The notes under the pieces: model-generated
What the model was told of the DNA's origin: nothing
Seen by the model: the letters and a program-made list of their open reading frames with translations, nothing else
Database searches by the model: none
Assembly (NCBI GenBank): GCA_002633005.1
Contig: NMRA01000769.1
Location: forward strand, 93,991-157,990
Direction: 5' to 3'
Source of the DNA: Phoronis australis
Lineage: Eukaryota; Animalia; Phoronida
Length of the DNA: 64,000 nt
Part shown: positions 11,323-24,150 of the stretch, one piece after another
Layout: every line of letters begins with the position of its first letter
How positions within the stretch are numbered: position 1 is the first letter of the stretch
Made by a program: the position numbers and the translations under genes

Positions 11323-13074
11323 AAGTTTGATACAGGGAAATTTGTTATCATTCAGAGAACCAAACTGATGAGTAAGATATCTCATCTCCCACGCTTGGCG
11401 AATGAGAACCCAATGCTTAAACTACATTTTGTAATCACTCACAAAGGCATCCAAGCTGTGAACTTCTGTCATGTATATTATGCCAAATGCCTTTATTCTG
11501 ACTTCGACTGCGTGACTGATGCGAAAGTGGCGAATTTGATTTTTGAACATTATTCATCAAAACACTTTGGAGCTCAAATGAACCAATGTTTCTGTTCAGA
11601 TAGCGTGATTCGTATATGCATAGCCTCCTTTCATGAGGATCCTGAAGGTGGCGTTATCCTTGTTTTAAGATCTGAACACTAGATTAATCTACAGTGTGAC
11701 CAGATGTCAATGAATGATTAAGAACACTCTCACCTCACAATGCATTTTGACGTGTACCCTTGCAGACGGTTCTCCACCAATGTTACTTGACTGGAATATT
11801 GTGAAAATTTGTCCTGAGAATGGGTTAGTGACAATAAACCGAAACGTCGATTAATATGTCATTGTTAACATATGCGCTGATTTTAAAGTTCGTACTCATA
11901 TTTTAACCAAAAACAAAAAGTGATCAGGGATCCTTTAAAAAACACGGCCTAAGTCTATCGGCCTATTTAATTTGAAGGACTTCTGGGCCATGTTAGTTTT
12001 TGTCCTCTTCACTTCCAACTTAATGGTCCCGTTGGCCCGAGTTAAGCAATCACAGTGCGCCAATGAAATTATGTTGGCGCCATTGGCGAGAAGCGCGCCT
12101 CTAAAACAATCCCCGAAATCAGGCCCTGAATTTGTTTCTCGAATATCCTCTCATGTGAAACAATCATACACCTCTATCATTTTTACACAGAATACCACAC
12201 GGAAAAATTCAGTGTGAGGAAATATGATAGCGCGTTATCTTTGTCCTATAAGTACCGCGGAATGACCATTCGTGAACCAGGCCTTCGACAACTGTTGACG
12301 AAGCCGTGTCCACGATGAACACGAATCGGATGGTGCTGGGTTTGGTGGGAATGACGTGTTTTCTCTTTGTTGGAGAAGCCACTGGGTATTGTTTTTCAAT
12401 AGCTGACGGTAGGTTTTAACCATAGTATTAAATGTAACGTTGTTCGTTGGAAGTGCGCATCAACAGTTAAGACTGCAGTGAATAATGTTTCAAACGGCAA
12501 TGAACACTCATTGTGTCGAAGAAACTTAAATAATTATTGGGATCTACCGTCGCTATAAAATTGTCTCCGCTTGTCCTTCAGTCACATCAGAAACGGTTTT
12601 CATCATGCAAAGAATTGACAGTTCCGTAGACCTCGAGACCACGCGCGCTCGTCGAATAATGAAATGGTAATCTATTGTGACAAGCCATCTTCTAGTATAG
12701 AATGATTTAAATAATAACGAACTGTCACTTCTTTCCGAGCTCAGCAGTGATAATTATTTTGGTTAAGGGAGAATTTGATGCCGATGTCAATCAAAATTTG
12801 TTTTTGGGACATAAGGCTGATTTATAGACCATTATTAAAAAGATCTCGTTGATATTCATGTAGAATACAAAGGCGAGGCTAACCACGGCAACACTGATCA
12901 TCACTGTCCCCACTTCGTGTACCGTCGATCTGTCGCTTGTACACGACTTAAAGCTGCGTTTCCTTTTGTTTAGCTACCACTTTAAAAATCATTCGAGTTC
13001 TAAGCTCAGGAGACAAACCCAACAATTGATTTGCTAAGTATTCAAGGGGAATGGTCACGTGACACACTTATTTG

Positions 13075-13230
13075 AATAATAATAACAATAACAATAATAA
13101 TAATAATGATAATAATAATAATAATAATAATAATAATTGTTATTATTATTATCATTATTATTATTGTTACTATTATTATTGTTGTTGTTGTTGTTTTGTT
13201 AATGTTATTATCATTATTGTTATTATTACA
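13075..13230. repeat. Compound microsatellite (AAT)n followed by (ATT/GTT)n
   Basis: Directly visible. It explains the spurious poly-Ile ORF 13106-13348. Confidence 0.95.
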
Positions 13231-13824
13231 TTTAACTGTTAAACAGTCAAGTTATCTCGCGACAGTATGCTGTATTTTGCTTAGTGGAAGATCTGAAAAC
13301 GCATTTAGTGGAAATAATTATTGTTGGGGGAATTGTCAAACATTTTAGCTGTTATTAGCTTAGACCACTACATCAAGTCGTTGTGTTTTTCTTATTTCAT
13401 TGCAAATTGCTATTCGTCACCGCTGTTTGCTGAGTAGTCGATTCCGCGTTGGCTGTTCTCAGAAAACCACTTCTCCTGCTGATAATTTAACTTTGAGAAC
13501 CGTGTTTGGGATATTGATATTAGTGTAAAAATTATTTTCAACGGAAAGGCGTAGTCGTAGTAGGGCTTCACTAAATCTAACCGACTAAAATAAAACAGGA
13601 GAATGTTGCCAAACCCGTTAAGTAGAAAATTATAATTGAAATTCACCACTTTTCATTCCTAACTTATGTTTCAAGGTCCGTATCATGACGACAGCAGATT
13701 CACAGTGTTCGGGCGAAACTTCACGGGTGGCGACCTGCCATTGCGATTCGGCCCTCCCATCTGTGTGGAATGCAGGCGGAGTGGGAGTTGCTGCGGGTAG
13801 ATACATTCAATATTTGTTACCGTA

Positions 13825-13970
13825 CACTGCTGTAGTGGGACGTAGGCGAACGTAGGCGCAGCCAACCTCCTTTTGGCATTTGAACGTAGCGTCAACGCAC
13901 CGTAAGTTACGTTCAATGCTCGGTGGGCTTTGGGCGCCTACTTACCTCTGATTTTACCACTACAGCACTG
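13825..13970. mobile_element. hAT MITE, 146 bp, 8-bp TSD
   Basis: TIRs cactgctgtagtgg / ccactacagcactg with perfect TSD ttaccgta (13817-13824, 13971-13978). Confidence 0.9.
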
Positions 13971-16900
13971 TTACCGTATTGTGGAGATAGACTGGGTCCA
14001 CGTCTCTCCAAGCATACATGTAACAACGGTCAGCTGCCTCTAGGCGAAGTGATGTGCATAAGCTAGCCGGTGTAAACCCCTCCTCTACGTATCTCCCCGA
14101 CTGCGATATTTAGCTGCGCTTGTATCCTATAGAATTGTTTGTCACTTCTACCTTTGACGTGATAAGAAGTTAATCGTCACCTCAGTAAAAACATGCGATT
14201 GTTGATTCCTTGTCCAACAACGTTCATTCAATGATAATCATGCAACTGACGTGGTTTTTCTGGGGTTTCCCCAGTCAAGGTCTGTTTTCTTCTAAGGAGA
14301 GTAAGTGAACTCTTAAAACCTGTGACGTACACAAAAATATGCTATCATTTAAAAAATCTTAACTCATTTCACTATTTCGTAAATAGGAGTCATATATTGA
14401 CTTAAAATCGCGTTGAGAATTAAATTCCGTCCACTCTTGTGCCACATAAAACCGGTTCCAGATGACACGAGGAATGAAATTGCGCATCGGATACAAATGA
14501 TACTTCAATGCCAGCTTATAACATATTTTGGGATTTTACCGGGATTTAGCGTTGAAATTTGACATCCACACGACCTATTAACAACGTCACGCTATTCACG
14601 AAATGTGACAGGATGTTTGACTTCTCCGAGGGGTCGAGGCCTGGCGTATAAGCTGGAGCCATATCCAACGGTTATGTTAGTACGGCACTTTCTGGGAACA
14701 CTTGAAATGCAGCGATCCCGAATAAGTTACGACTACATAGAGCGCCACTAAGTTTATTTGGATCAAGGCCACGCAAGTACGAGTGTGTTCGTGCTTTCAT
14801 GGCAATCCAAGCAAATTGATCAAGAGAAGTTGCGCCGATACGTATACGTGAAGTTGTATTCCATAAGCGGTTCGAGTGGGTCAAGGGGGTCCGGAGCCTT
14901 TGATTTCAATGATATCAAATCTAGAATTTTCAAATTGTTGAATTGAACACATTTTTTTAAAAAAATCCTTGATCCGACCACCCACCCTACCTATGAAATA
15001 TTCTGCATTTACCCCTGTAGCCTGCCGCCAGTAGTGAAAACGGCTACATCGTGAGTGGCCCCTATGAATGAAGAACGCTTCTTTTGCAGATATGGGAAAG
15101 CAGCCGGCGTTTTCGTGACAAGTCCCGGGTGTCGCGTTGTTGACGACAAAACTTCCTGCGACATGAAGATCGAATGCACACCCAAGTTACCTACACGTCC
15201 AACACAGCCCTGACCTTCCTAGTCACAATACAACAATGCGTGAACAGAATCAGCCATATTACCAATGTGTGACTACGCAAACTGAATGAAAATTTCAAGT
15301 TATTTACTCGTCTCAATGTTTCATGAAACTTAAAAAAAAGGAAAAAAATCTTAGACCTTCTCATGCATAAATGCTGACTGTATGCTCAGAAAGAGAATGA
15401 TGTGTACGTTTGCGTGACCATTAGGAAATGGAAATGTATAACGTCTCTTTTTAGATGAAAAATTTAACATTTACTAGAAAAATGTAACGATGTTCTCATG
15501 AAATAGCAAAGTCACTAGGCAAATCTTACGCTAACAGGATTGCACGAAAGTGGAGGAGAAAGCGTGTACCGTTCACCCCAGCGCATGTAGACCGAGATAT
15601 CCCAGAGCTTTTCTGTGCATGAAGAGGTAACCAATTTTCTTTAGTACCGCACTGCTCCATGAGTATCCTCATGCTTGGAAATGGACATCTGGCAGGCTCG
15701 CTGTGGTGGGTGTGGTCAGGGGAGCTAAGCGAATAATACTAAAAATTTGAGCTACATCAACTTTTCTGATAACCACTTAGAACTGCCTTCGATACCTACT
15801 ACGTAATCCAATGTATGAAAATTGGTCACAGCCAGGCAATTTCAGTGACGGGGAGTTACACGGTTATAAACATTGTAAAAAATGAGCTAGATCAATCGAA
15901 GAGGTAACCGAATGAAACCAGTTGAAAAATATTCATCATAACCCGAGATATCACGAATAAACACTGCCAGATAAATCTAGTGTGGTCTTACACACATCAA
16001 AATACCCGAGTTGAGCTAGATCAACCCACCAGGTAACCGTTTGAAACCAATTGCATGATGTTTAGCATCACTGCACATGGAACAACAGTTGGATGCCAGA
16101 CAATTTCAGCGTTTGTGTGCCCCTGCCAGACGATTGTAAAAAGAGCTAAAGTTGAGCTAGATCGACCCAAGAGGTAACCGCATTAAACCAGGTCCAAAAT
16201 ATTCAACGTAAGCCCATAAGTCTAGCGGTGGGTTAGACCTACCAGACACGCCCAAATATCTGAGTTGCGCTAGATTAACCCGCCAGATAATCGTTTGAAA
16301 CCATTCAATGCTCATCAACATTCTACATGCAACAAAAGGTGCCTTACAGACAATTTTGAGCGGTGGGGCAGTAGCATGCAGAGGTTTGGTCGATGCATCG
16401 GCGACTTTTTATTGGACGCCCCTCTCTCTCTCTGCTCAAATGCATATGTCCAAATAATAATACAAATAAAAAGGTGAAACATAAACTAGAATCTTTATTT
16501 AATTTAACAGCAAATCAGTCACAATTCCCAAAAAGATTATACACAGTAATTGGAAACTATTTTCACCTACGTGGATGCCCGGACCGTCGCCACGATGACT
16601 GAGCACCATAACAATATCTATGAGTAATCAATTTGAACGTGTTTTATTTGCACTACGTAGACATAAAAGGGAACAGTTCCATTGCCCCGGCATATCTGTG
16701 TCGTTCAAATGAAATGATTATCAATCTAACGTAACTGAAAAACTATCAGGGCTCGTTATTCCCACGCACGGCAAATAACCAGTTCGCAATATGATCAGTG
16801 AGAGTGTTTTATCTATATTACAGCTTTAATAGTTTCCACGCAGTCCAACACGACCATGTGAATCCAATGTTCAGGTGCCGTAGAGGTGTTTTTAGCCTTT

Positions 16901-17358
16901 TTGGAGAACACAATAACAAACATAAATAATAAAAGGAGATTTATCGCTTTAACCAAAATTCATCTAATTCCAATGAGCCAACTTGTTCCACTGTGCATGT
17001 TTTAGTCAACTCCAAAGTGCTGTAATTAATCCTTTTCCTCGGAGTCGGAATCTTCACGCATTGGTTCGTCTACGGAATCTGACAGTTGTTCAGGCGAACT
17101 ATTTCTAATGATGCCTCACTCCCAAGGTTACTATTGTTGATTTCTGCTTTCTAACTGAACAATATGTCAGGGAGAATAGACCCTCAAAAGTAATTGGCAG
17201 TAACATGTGAGTTTCAGTTTCATGATAACCATAATCAGTTGGTGTCAGTCCATCCCAAGGGTACCACGCTGTCGCGGCACGAGTCCAAAGTGCTGTGACG
17301 CACTGAGTTTGGCGAATCTTCATCTGTCGGCTACGGAGACAAGGTGGGAGCAACGCGC

Positions 17359-18790
17359 TATGGTGGGCCGTTGAAGGGAAAGTGTTGATGTAAAATTACG
17401 CTCGTAATTACGAGCGTAAATTAAATGGGGAAAAGTTTAGCCGTAAAATTACGCTCGTAATCATGAGTGTAAATTAAATTGCAGGAGTGTCGCCGTACAA
17501 TTACGCTCGTAAATTAAATGGGGAAAAGTTTAGCCGTAAAATTACGCTCGTAATTATGAGTGTAAGTTAAATTGCAAAAGTGTTGCGGTAAAATTACGCC
17601 CGCAAATTAAATGGGGTAAATGTCGCCGTAAATTACGCTCGTAAAATACCTTAAGAATGTTCCAAATTTAAACCAATCAGTGATGACCTAACATACACGA
17701 CTGTTGCTGGGCAGCTCGTTCTGGCACAATCGTTGACATGACAGCAGCGATTTGATCCGCCATGATTCACCGCTCGTATCGTAGACATGAAACCCGCCAG
17801 TAAATAAGTATTTCCATGAGCGCACGCGATCTTTGATTGTAAAACCCAACGTCATTGGCTAAGAGTTTAAACTAAATTACGAGCGTAATTTTACGCCGTA
17901 ATGATTAACAGCGTAAATAACGGCGTAATGTACACAATTACCATAGGTGGATTTAGGGGGGAGAGCCCAGGGGGCCCGGGCCCCCCCCCCACCCTGGCTG
18001 CCGCAAAAAAATAAAACAGCAAGAGCGTAGGGAAATGTTGAGTTTATTAATTTGCCCAGGTAATTAAAATTATACGGATGAAAAAAGATTTAAATGTGTG
18101 CAGTTTTAGTGTTGGGGGGGGGGGGGGNNNNNNNNNNNNNNNNNNNNNNNTTTTTTAAAGAAAATGGAACCTGAGTGACGATGAAAAAACAGAAGCTGCT
18201 GGTAAGATGTGAATTTTAATCTAAGCCTTAGTGAATCACTCAGAAACTCATTAATTCTCTCTTTGTCAAACCTTAACTTAAGACGATTTCCAAAGCAATC
18301 CCGTCATTATTGCCAACACGAAAAACGGATTTGGTCTTTTGGGCATTTGATGACTATTTAAAATACAAAAAATTTGTTAAGAACCGATTGCACAAAATAT
18401 AAAACGTGTAATAAGCATTACAAAAAGAAGTAGGTTTCGCGCGCAAACGCTGTGGACCATAAACAAGTAGGTTTCTTAGTTTTAAGTTAGTAGTGGTGGT
18501 GTAGTGGTAAGGCACGCGCGTCCTATCGGCCAGGTTGTAGGTTCGAATCTGTGACACTCGCAGTTTTTCCTTTTTTTTCTAGGATAATACTTCAGAAATC
18601 AAGGAAAATGCTTGATTTTAGAGGAAAAAATCAGAAAAAATTCCATTCGGTGCTATGCGCATCTACAATCGTGGTTTGCGCAAATGCTTACGGCCCGACA
18701 AAATGTTGCCCCCCCTTGTGATATCCTAGATCCGCCACTGATTACGCTAGTATTTTTCCGGCGACACCTTCCCCCCAACGGCCCATCATA
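17359..18790. mobile_element. Non-autonomous IS3EU-like element (TAT...ATA termini, 6-bp TSD) with aattacgctcgta subterminal repeats
   Basis: TIRs tatggtgggccgttg / caacggcccatcata. TSD acgcgc (17353-17358, 18791-18796). Removing it restores the host reading frame CALLPPC. Confidence 0.8.
17942..18740. mobile_element. ~1-kb hAT-like element with 5-bp TSD (spans N gap 18128-18150)
   Basis: Termini cataggtggatttag / ctagatccgccactg. TSD attac (17937-17941, 18741-18745). Confidence 0.9.
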
Positions 18791-21700
18791 ACGCGCAGCC
18801 AATTCGTTTAACATCAGCAAGTGGATCCTACTGAAAAGAAAACTAAAAACTATAAGCATAGATGACATGATGGTAGTTGTGCATTATCAGATCTAATAGT
18901 TATATTGTTTACGGGTTATCACTACATACCTCTGCAACTTTGCCAGCATGTCCATACGTTTGACGAACCGGGCCTCGTTAACATCTTTGACCTTGCTTTT
19001 TTGCGCACATGTGATACACGAACTCAGTGACAAGCCGACATCGATGCTGTCATGCACGTCTCCAGAAGTAGCGAAAGTATTGGTGAGCTTTTCATCACTT
19101 TTAGCAATGTCTAGGGCCTTGACTTTGCCTTTCCTGAAAAATAAGGAATGACGTATAAGACTAATTCATAATAGAACCTTTTTTAATCTAAAAGAGTCAA
19201 TCATAACACGATATTTAGACTTCGTTTACATGGCAGACGTAATCACAGCTAATTGAATTCTTTCAATTCTCGTCAATACAGCAATTACCAAAATTTCGAT
19301 TACATACCTATAAAAGACAGGTGTGGAGTCACATCCAGTGATGGTGTTGTGTCCAGACGTTGCTCTGGCAAGTCCCTACTTGCGATTTTCAAGAGCGGTT
19401 GCTATGTAGAAAATGTGGATGAATCTCTTGCTATTTCCCACTCCACAGTTCATGACAACGTTGGTCGTGGATCGTATTTCTCGCCGCTGTTGTCCAAGTG
19501 TACCAATCAAGATTACCAAAACATCCATATCTCAGTGAAACCCTCACTATCATATGGCCGATAGGGATGTTTGCGACGTGGAACGCAATCAACATGTCGG
19601 CTTCCTCGGGGTCGCCTTGAAGATGGGCAGGGTTTGTTACCATGCTGTGCTGGTTATCGTCGGGAAAGAACCGTTGGTAGCACTCACCACCGTGGGAAAC
19701 GAACAAAGTTTTCCCACCACTGTCTTTATTGAGTTTTCTACGTACTTGTCTAGACACCAGTGAGGTTCCTCTGTCCTCCCCGAACAGACCACTAATAACA
19801 TCGATCGTGCAACTGATCCGTAAGTTGCGCCTATTCTCGTCTGTGAGATGACTGAATGCAGAAGTCCGCCATTTAAAACCTTTGCGTAGCCCTACAGAAA
19901 GTCTTCATCTGTTATAGGTTCTGTCTGGAACAATTCACAACTTTTTTCAACAAAACAGGCTTTTCGGGTTTGACGAGAGTTCCATTGCAGTGAGTGGCTG
20001 GATGTACGAGAAGTTTTCGAAGGTCGAAGTCTGTCCTCTTTGCTACAACTACGATTATGCGTACGAACAAATCTCTGAGACTCTCTTCGGTGTCTTGTTT
20101 CTCTGTGAGGCGATGACTTGGCTATATTCTTCACGCTATCAGCAACCTATAATTGCTGTCGTTTTCCCATTCGTGTTGGAATTTTTCTCTCGCATCATGG
20201 CCTCGTGATCAGCGCATTGATCAAGTAGACTCCCGTTTCTGGGATGCTGCTTGGCCAGGTGCGATATTAACCAGACCAGATGCAGCATCAGGTTACAGAA
20301 ATTGTCGATTTTCCGGCACACTGAATGGTGCTTTTTGGTTCTTGAAGGAATGCACTGACTCTTTGCATTTTCCCCAATTTCAAGTCCTGCAAATGTGTAA
20401 GTTAAATTACAGTCATTGCCTTTGTGTCATAGAGAGGGAACATCGATTCTCCGAGGTGCGGAAAGCCACTGTCAGTTTCATGCTCGATGCTGCATTTTAA
20501 CGGAGTGAGTCCAAAGAGACTCGGAGGTCAACAGCAGATCTACTGAAGTATTTCCTCGTACGTCGCACCAGAACGCGCCATTCTCCAGCACTTCACGTAA
20601 TATTGAGTCCGCGAACTGCAACTTTTCGTAAAACAATGTTGACATTTGGAGTAGTTTGAGATTTTCAAGGCAAAAAAATGTTGATATAACCACCTCTGGA
20701 GTTCTCTGTGGGTGCGATTTATGCGAGAGATGCATATTGCCGAAAACTGATCAGTGATGCCAAATTTGGTGAAAGAAATCTTCTGGAGATACTGAGTGAT
20801 CCCAAGATCATCAAGGTTTGCCTCTATTTGTTGTCTGGATCTGAAGGGACTACAGTCATCACGATACGAGTCAGGGACTCACTGGCTTTATTGCAAATCG
20901 AAGTGCACGGTTCCTCACTTTGGTGCACGGTTCCGCAAATGCGCTGGTAATGAATTCTGTTTCGACACTTTATAATTTGTCTGGTGGAACCCTACGTCTG
21001 AACTTGGCATTTTACTGTTGTGCATGTGCAATCGGATGGTGAACATCGTGCACCGTTACCCGGTGGGTTGACCTAGCTCAACTCAGGTTTGGGCGTGTCT
21101 GACGTGGCTTACCCACCACTAGATTCGTTGCAGTGTTTATTCGTGATGCCTGGGTTTACGGTGAATATTGTGCAAGTGGTTTCATGCGGTTACCTCTTGA
21201 GTCGATCTAGCCCAATTTTTAACCCTTTGTGATAACCGTCTGCCAGGCTGGGGCACGCCACCGCTGAAATTGTCTGACAAAAATCAATGCGCAGTGATGC
21301 TGAGCATCGTACAATTGGTTTCAAACGGTTACCTGGTGGGTTTATGGTTAATATTTTGCAACTGGCTAATTCATGCGGTTACTTCACTGATTGGCCTAGC
21401 TCACCTGTTACCCCGTTTATAACAGTCTGATACTCCCCACCACTGAAATTGCGTGGCAGTGACCAATTTCGATAGTAGGCCTATAGTACATATCGAAGGT
21501 AGTGGTAAGTGGATACCAGGAGAGTTGATCTAGTTCAATTTTTGTGCGTCATTCTCTTAGCTCCTCTGACCACAGCCACCGGAGCGAGCCTGCCAGAGGG
21601 TACATTTCCAAGCATGAGGATGCTCATGGAGCACTGTGGTACTAAAGAGAATTGGTTACCTTGTCCAAAAAACCTATGGCAAGCTGTCACAGATTGAAGT

Positions 21701-24019
21701 GAGCTAGTCGCTATTCATGGGTTTGGCTGAATGTGCTGAATGAGAAAATTCAGGTCGTAAACCAAAAACACCTGTTAAGCGTGAGCTTCGAAGTGAAAAA
21801 ACGAACAACTAAGGGAAACTACCACCGTGACTGTTTTTAAAAATAGAAAAGTAAATAGTAGCTGTCTTTGAATTTTAAAAATCGATGCGTTATACACTGT
21901 AGGTGAAAATATGGACGTATCCGAGGGGCTGGCGAGGACACATTTACTAACCAAACCACCACCTTCCCCGCCGCCTCCTGTGACGTCACGCCTCTACCGG
22001 CCCGGCTTACCTTGCCATCAGATGAAGATCTTCCAACAAAAGGTATTGTAAGGCAAACAACTCGAGCAGCACCAAACTGAACTGATGGTTGAAATGTCTT
22101 CAAATAAAAATGCATAGATCGTGATTGAATACGCTTTATTTTTGTCACACTTTATTGAATTAAATAGAAATATAGTAGAATGCCCAATTACCATGGTAAC
22201 AGTCACCAAACTTGGAAATGTCATTCAGTGCATAATATTTGCAAGGAATTCTAATGACGCAAACTGACTTGACAAAAGCACTTAATATTACAGTGGAAGA
22301 CTCTCATTACCACCTCGTATTGGGAGACCTAACAAGACCATGATTGTGGAGGCACGTTTTCACCAACCCTCAAAGTTATGCAAAATGAAGTTTAGAAAAT
22401 TCTGGCTTTGCTTCAAGGAACATTCTGCCGCAGAACGCCAAGTCACGCATCCAATCTCCAGCATTTAATATAATTGTGATTTATTGAAATATATACATAT
22501 ATCCATAGGCCCAAAGCATAACATGTAACGGCAGGACAGAACATTGTCAGGTGCGTTACTAACGACGAATAGAAGTAGGATATCCGCAATTCTCATGAGA
22601 GATTCAAACTTAGATGTCTTTGGAGAACGACAAAAACGATCACTAATAAGTACTCAACCCGAAGGTCTTGGAACGTACTGCAAACTAACACAAGGTGGTC
22701 GTCTTCTACACATCTCGAATTACATAACTCAAACAACCTATTTTCATAGGAAATATTAGTGTGGTGACCTCTTTCCACTATCTTTCCACTAGTAGCGAAT
22801 GATTTGAACATCGCAATCGAGTAAGAGACTGGATAAAAATACGTGGGATACCAATTCTCAAGACAATACATTGTTTGTACCTCACATAGTAAGGCAGTTT
22901 TGCGTTACATTCGATATCAGATTGCCAACCTTACAAACAACAGTCCGCGACACGTTGAGAAAAAAACTGTCAAGAAACACGCTTTATAAGACGAGTGATT
23001 GTATGTTCATCCAATTCAGGGACTGCACGGCTAAACCTTCGAAAAGACTGTGACTCAATCTCAACTGCTTGGCGAGCACAATTTTGTGGAAGAGATAAAG
23101 GGAACCTGTTTAAAGAAGCCAGACTATTCACGATATACACACAACAACACGCGGCACGGACTCGGAGAAACCAGATGCGAAAAGTTACTTTTAAAATTTG
23201 GTTCTCATCCGGAAACGCTCTTATCTTAAACAAGAACAACACAAAGCGTTCACATGCACTCACAATGCACCACGAACGGTAGGTTTCTAGGGGTGCTTAT
23301 CAGTTGACACAAGGAGACAATAATTTGACCACAACGGGTACCCGCAACAATCAGAATTGACAAAAAGTGTTGGTACCTCACCTTTCAGAACAAAAATCAG
23401 ATCAAAAAATTTTAAACATAAGCATTTTCAACATTTGCAGCAAAGAGATGAAACACACTACAAAGGCATCCAAAAATAGCAACAATTCTAATCTCCTTCT
23501 TTTCATAAAGAACAATCACGAGGTTTGGCAAATAAAGGTAGACACAAAATGACATAATGAGCACGAGACTTGTTGGAATCGGCTCAAAACTGGTAGCTAC
23601 CACTGAAGGGCGCTGCGGTAGCCACAACCACCCGAATATAAATGGTCACTAGGGGGTGCTGCAGTAGCCAAAACCACGAGAAATAAACTGGTACCAGCAC
23701 ATTGACGTCACATACCTCTGTCAGTTTCATTGAAAATCATCACAGGCTTTTCTAGATGTCATCTAGAAATGCAATTCTCCCCCAAAATACTAAGAAAGAA
23801 ATATATCAAGACAAAATGGCCACCATGGATTGTGCAGAGTCTGAATTTGCCCAAAAAGCGCATTAAGTTTCAGTTCTGAGATGTCAGTCGGAAACATTCT
23901 TCCCAAAACATAACTAAAATGCCCCGTGTATGGGCCCAAGCAGTTTGAAAAATGGCATGCAGCCAAGTGAAGCCCCACACACCCTTGTCAAATTTCCTTC
24001 AAAGTTTTAAGTGATCTGG

Positions 24020-24150
24020 TCATAGTTAGTAATAGCTAATAGTCATAGTAACTCAGTAGTTACAGTTAGCAACTTCTAATAGTCACAGTCAGTAACTGCT
24101 AATAGTCGCAGTTAGAAAGTGCTAACAGTCACAATTAATAACTGCTAATA
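24020..24150. repeat. Degenerate ~20-bp tandem repeat
   Basis: Recurring taatagtcacagttagtaactgc-like units. Confidence 0.7.

Larger units (their letters stand above)
17030..20950 (-). pseudogene. Fragmented, intron-containing Academ-like transposase
   Basis: Motifs in order: RDLFVRII..DLRKLL, EEADMLIAFH, ITGCDSTPVFYR|KGKVKAL (split by an intron ~19134-19307), VNEARF, an intron ~18831-18928, DPLADVKRIGCALLPPC, DYGY and an acidic C-terminus. Stops and frameshifts are present. Confidence 0.75.
15590..21710 (-). mobile_element. Decayed Academ-like (XPG/PIN-domain) DNA transposon with ~650-bp internally repetitive TIRs
   Basis: About 15625-16300 is the reverse complement of about 21050-21660, built from repeats of gagctagatcaa..aggtaaccg..tgaaacca. 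A broken transposase-like frame lies between them. Exact termini and TSD are not resolved. Confidence 0.7.

Noticed and set aside
13106-13348. Hydrophobic poly-Ile/Val membrane peptide ORF
   Set aside because: Translation of a microsatellite.
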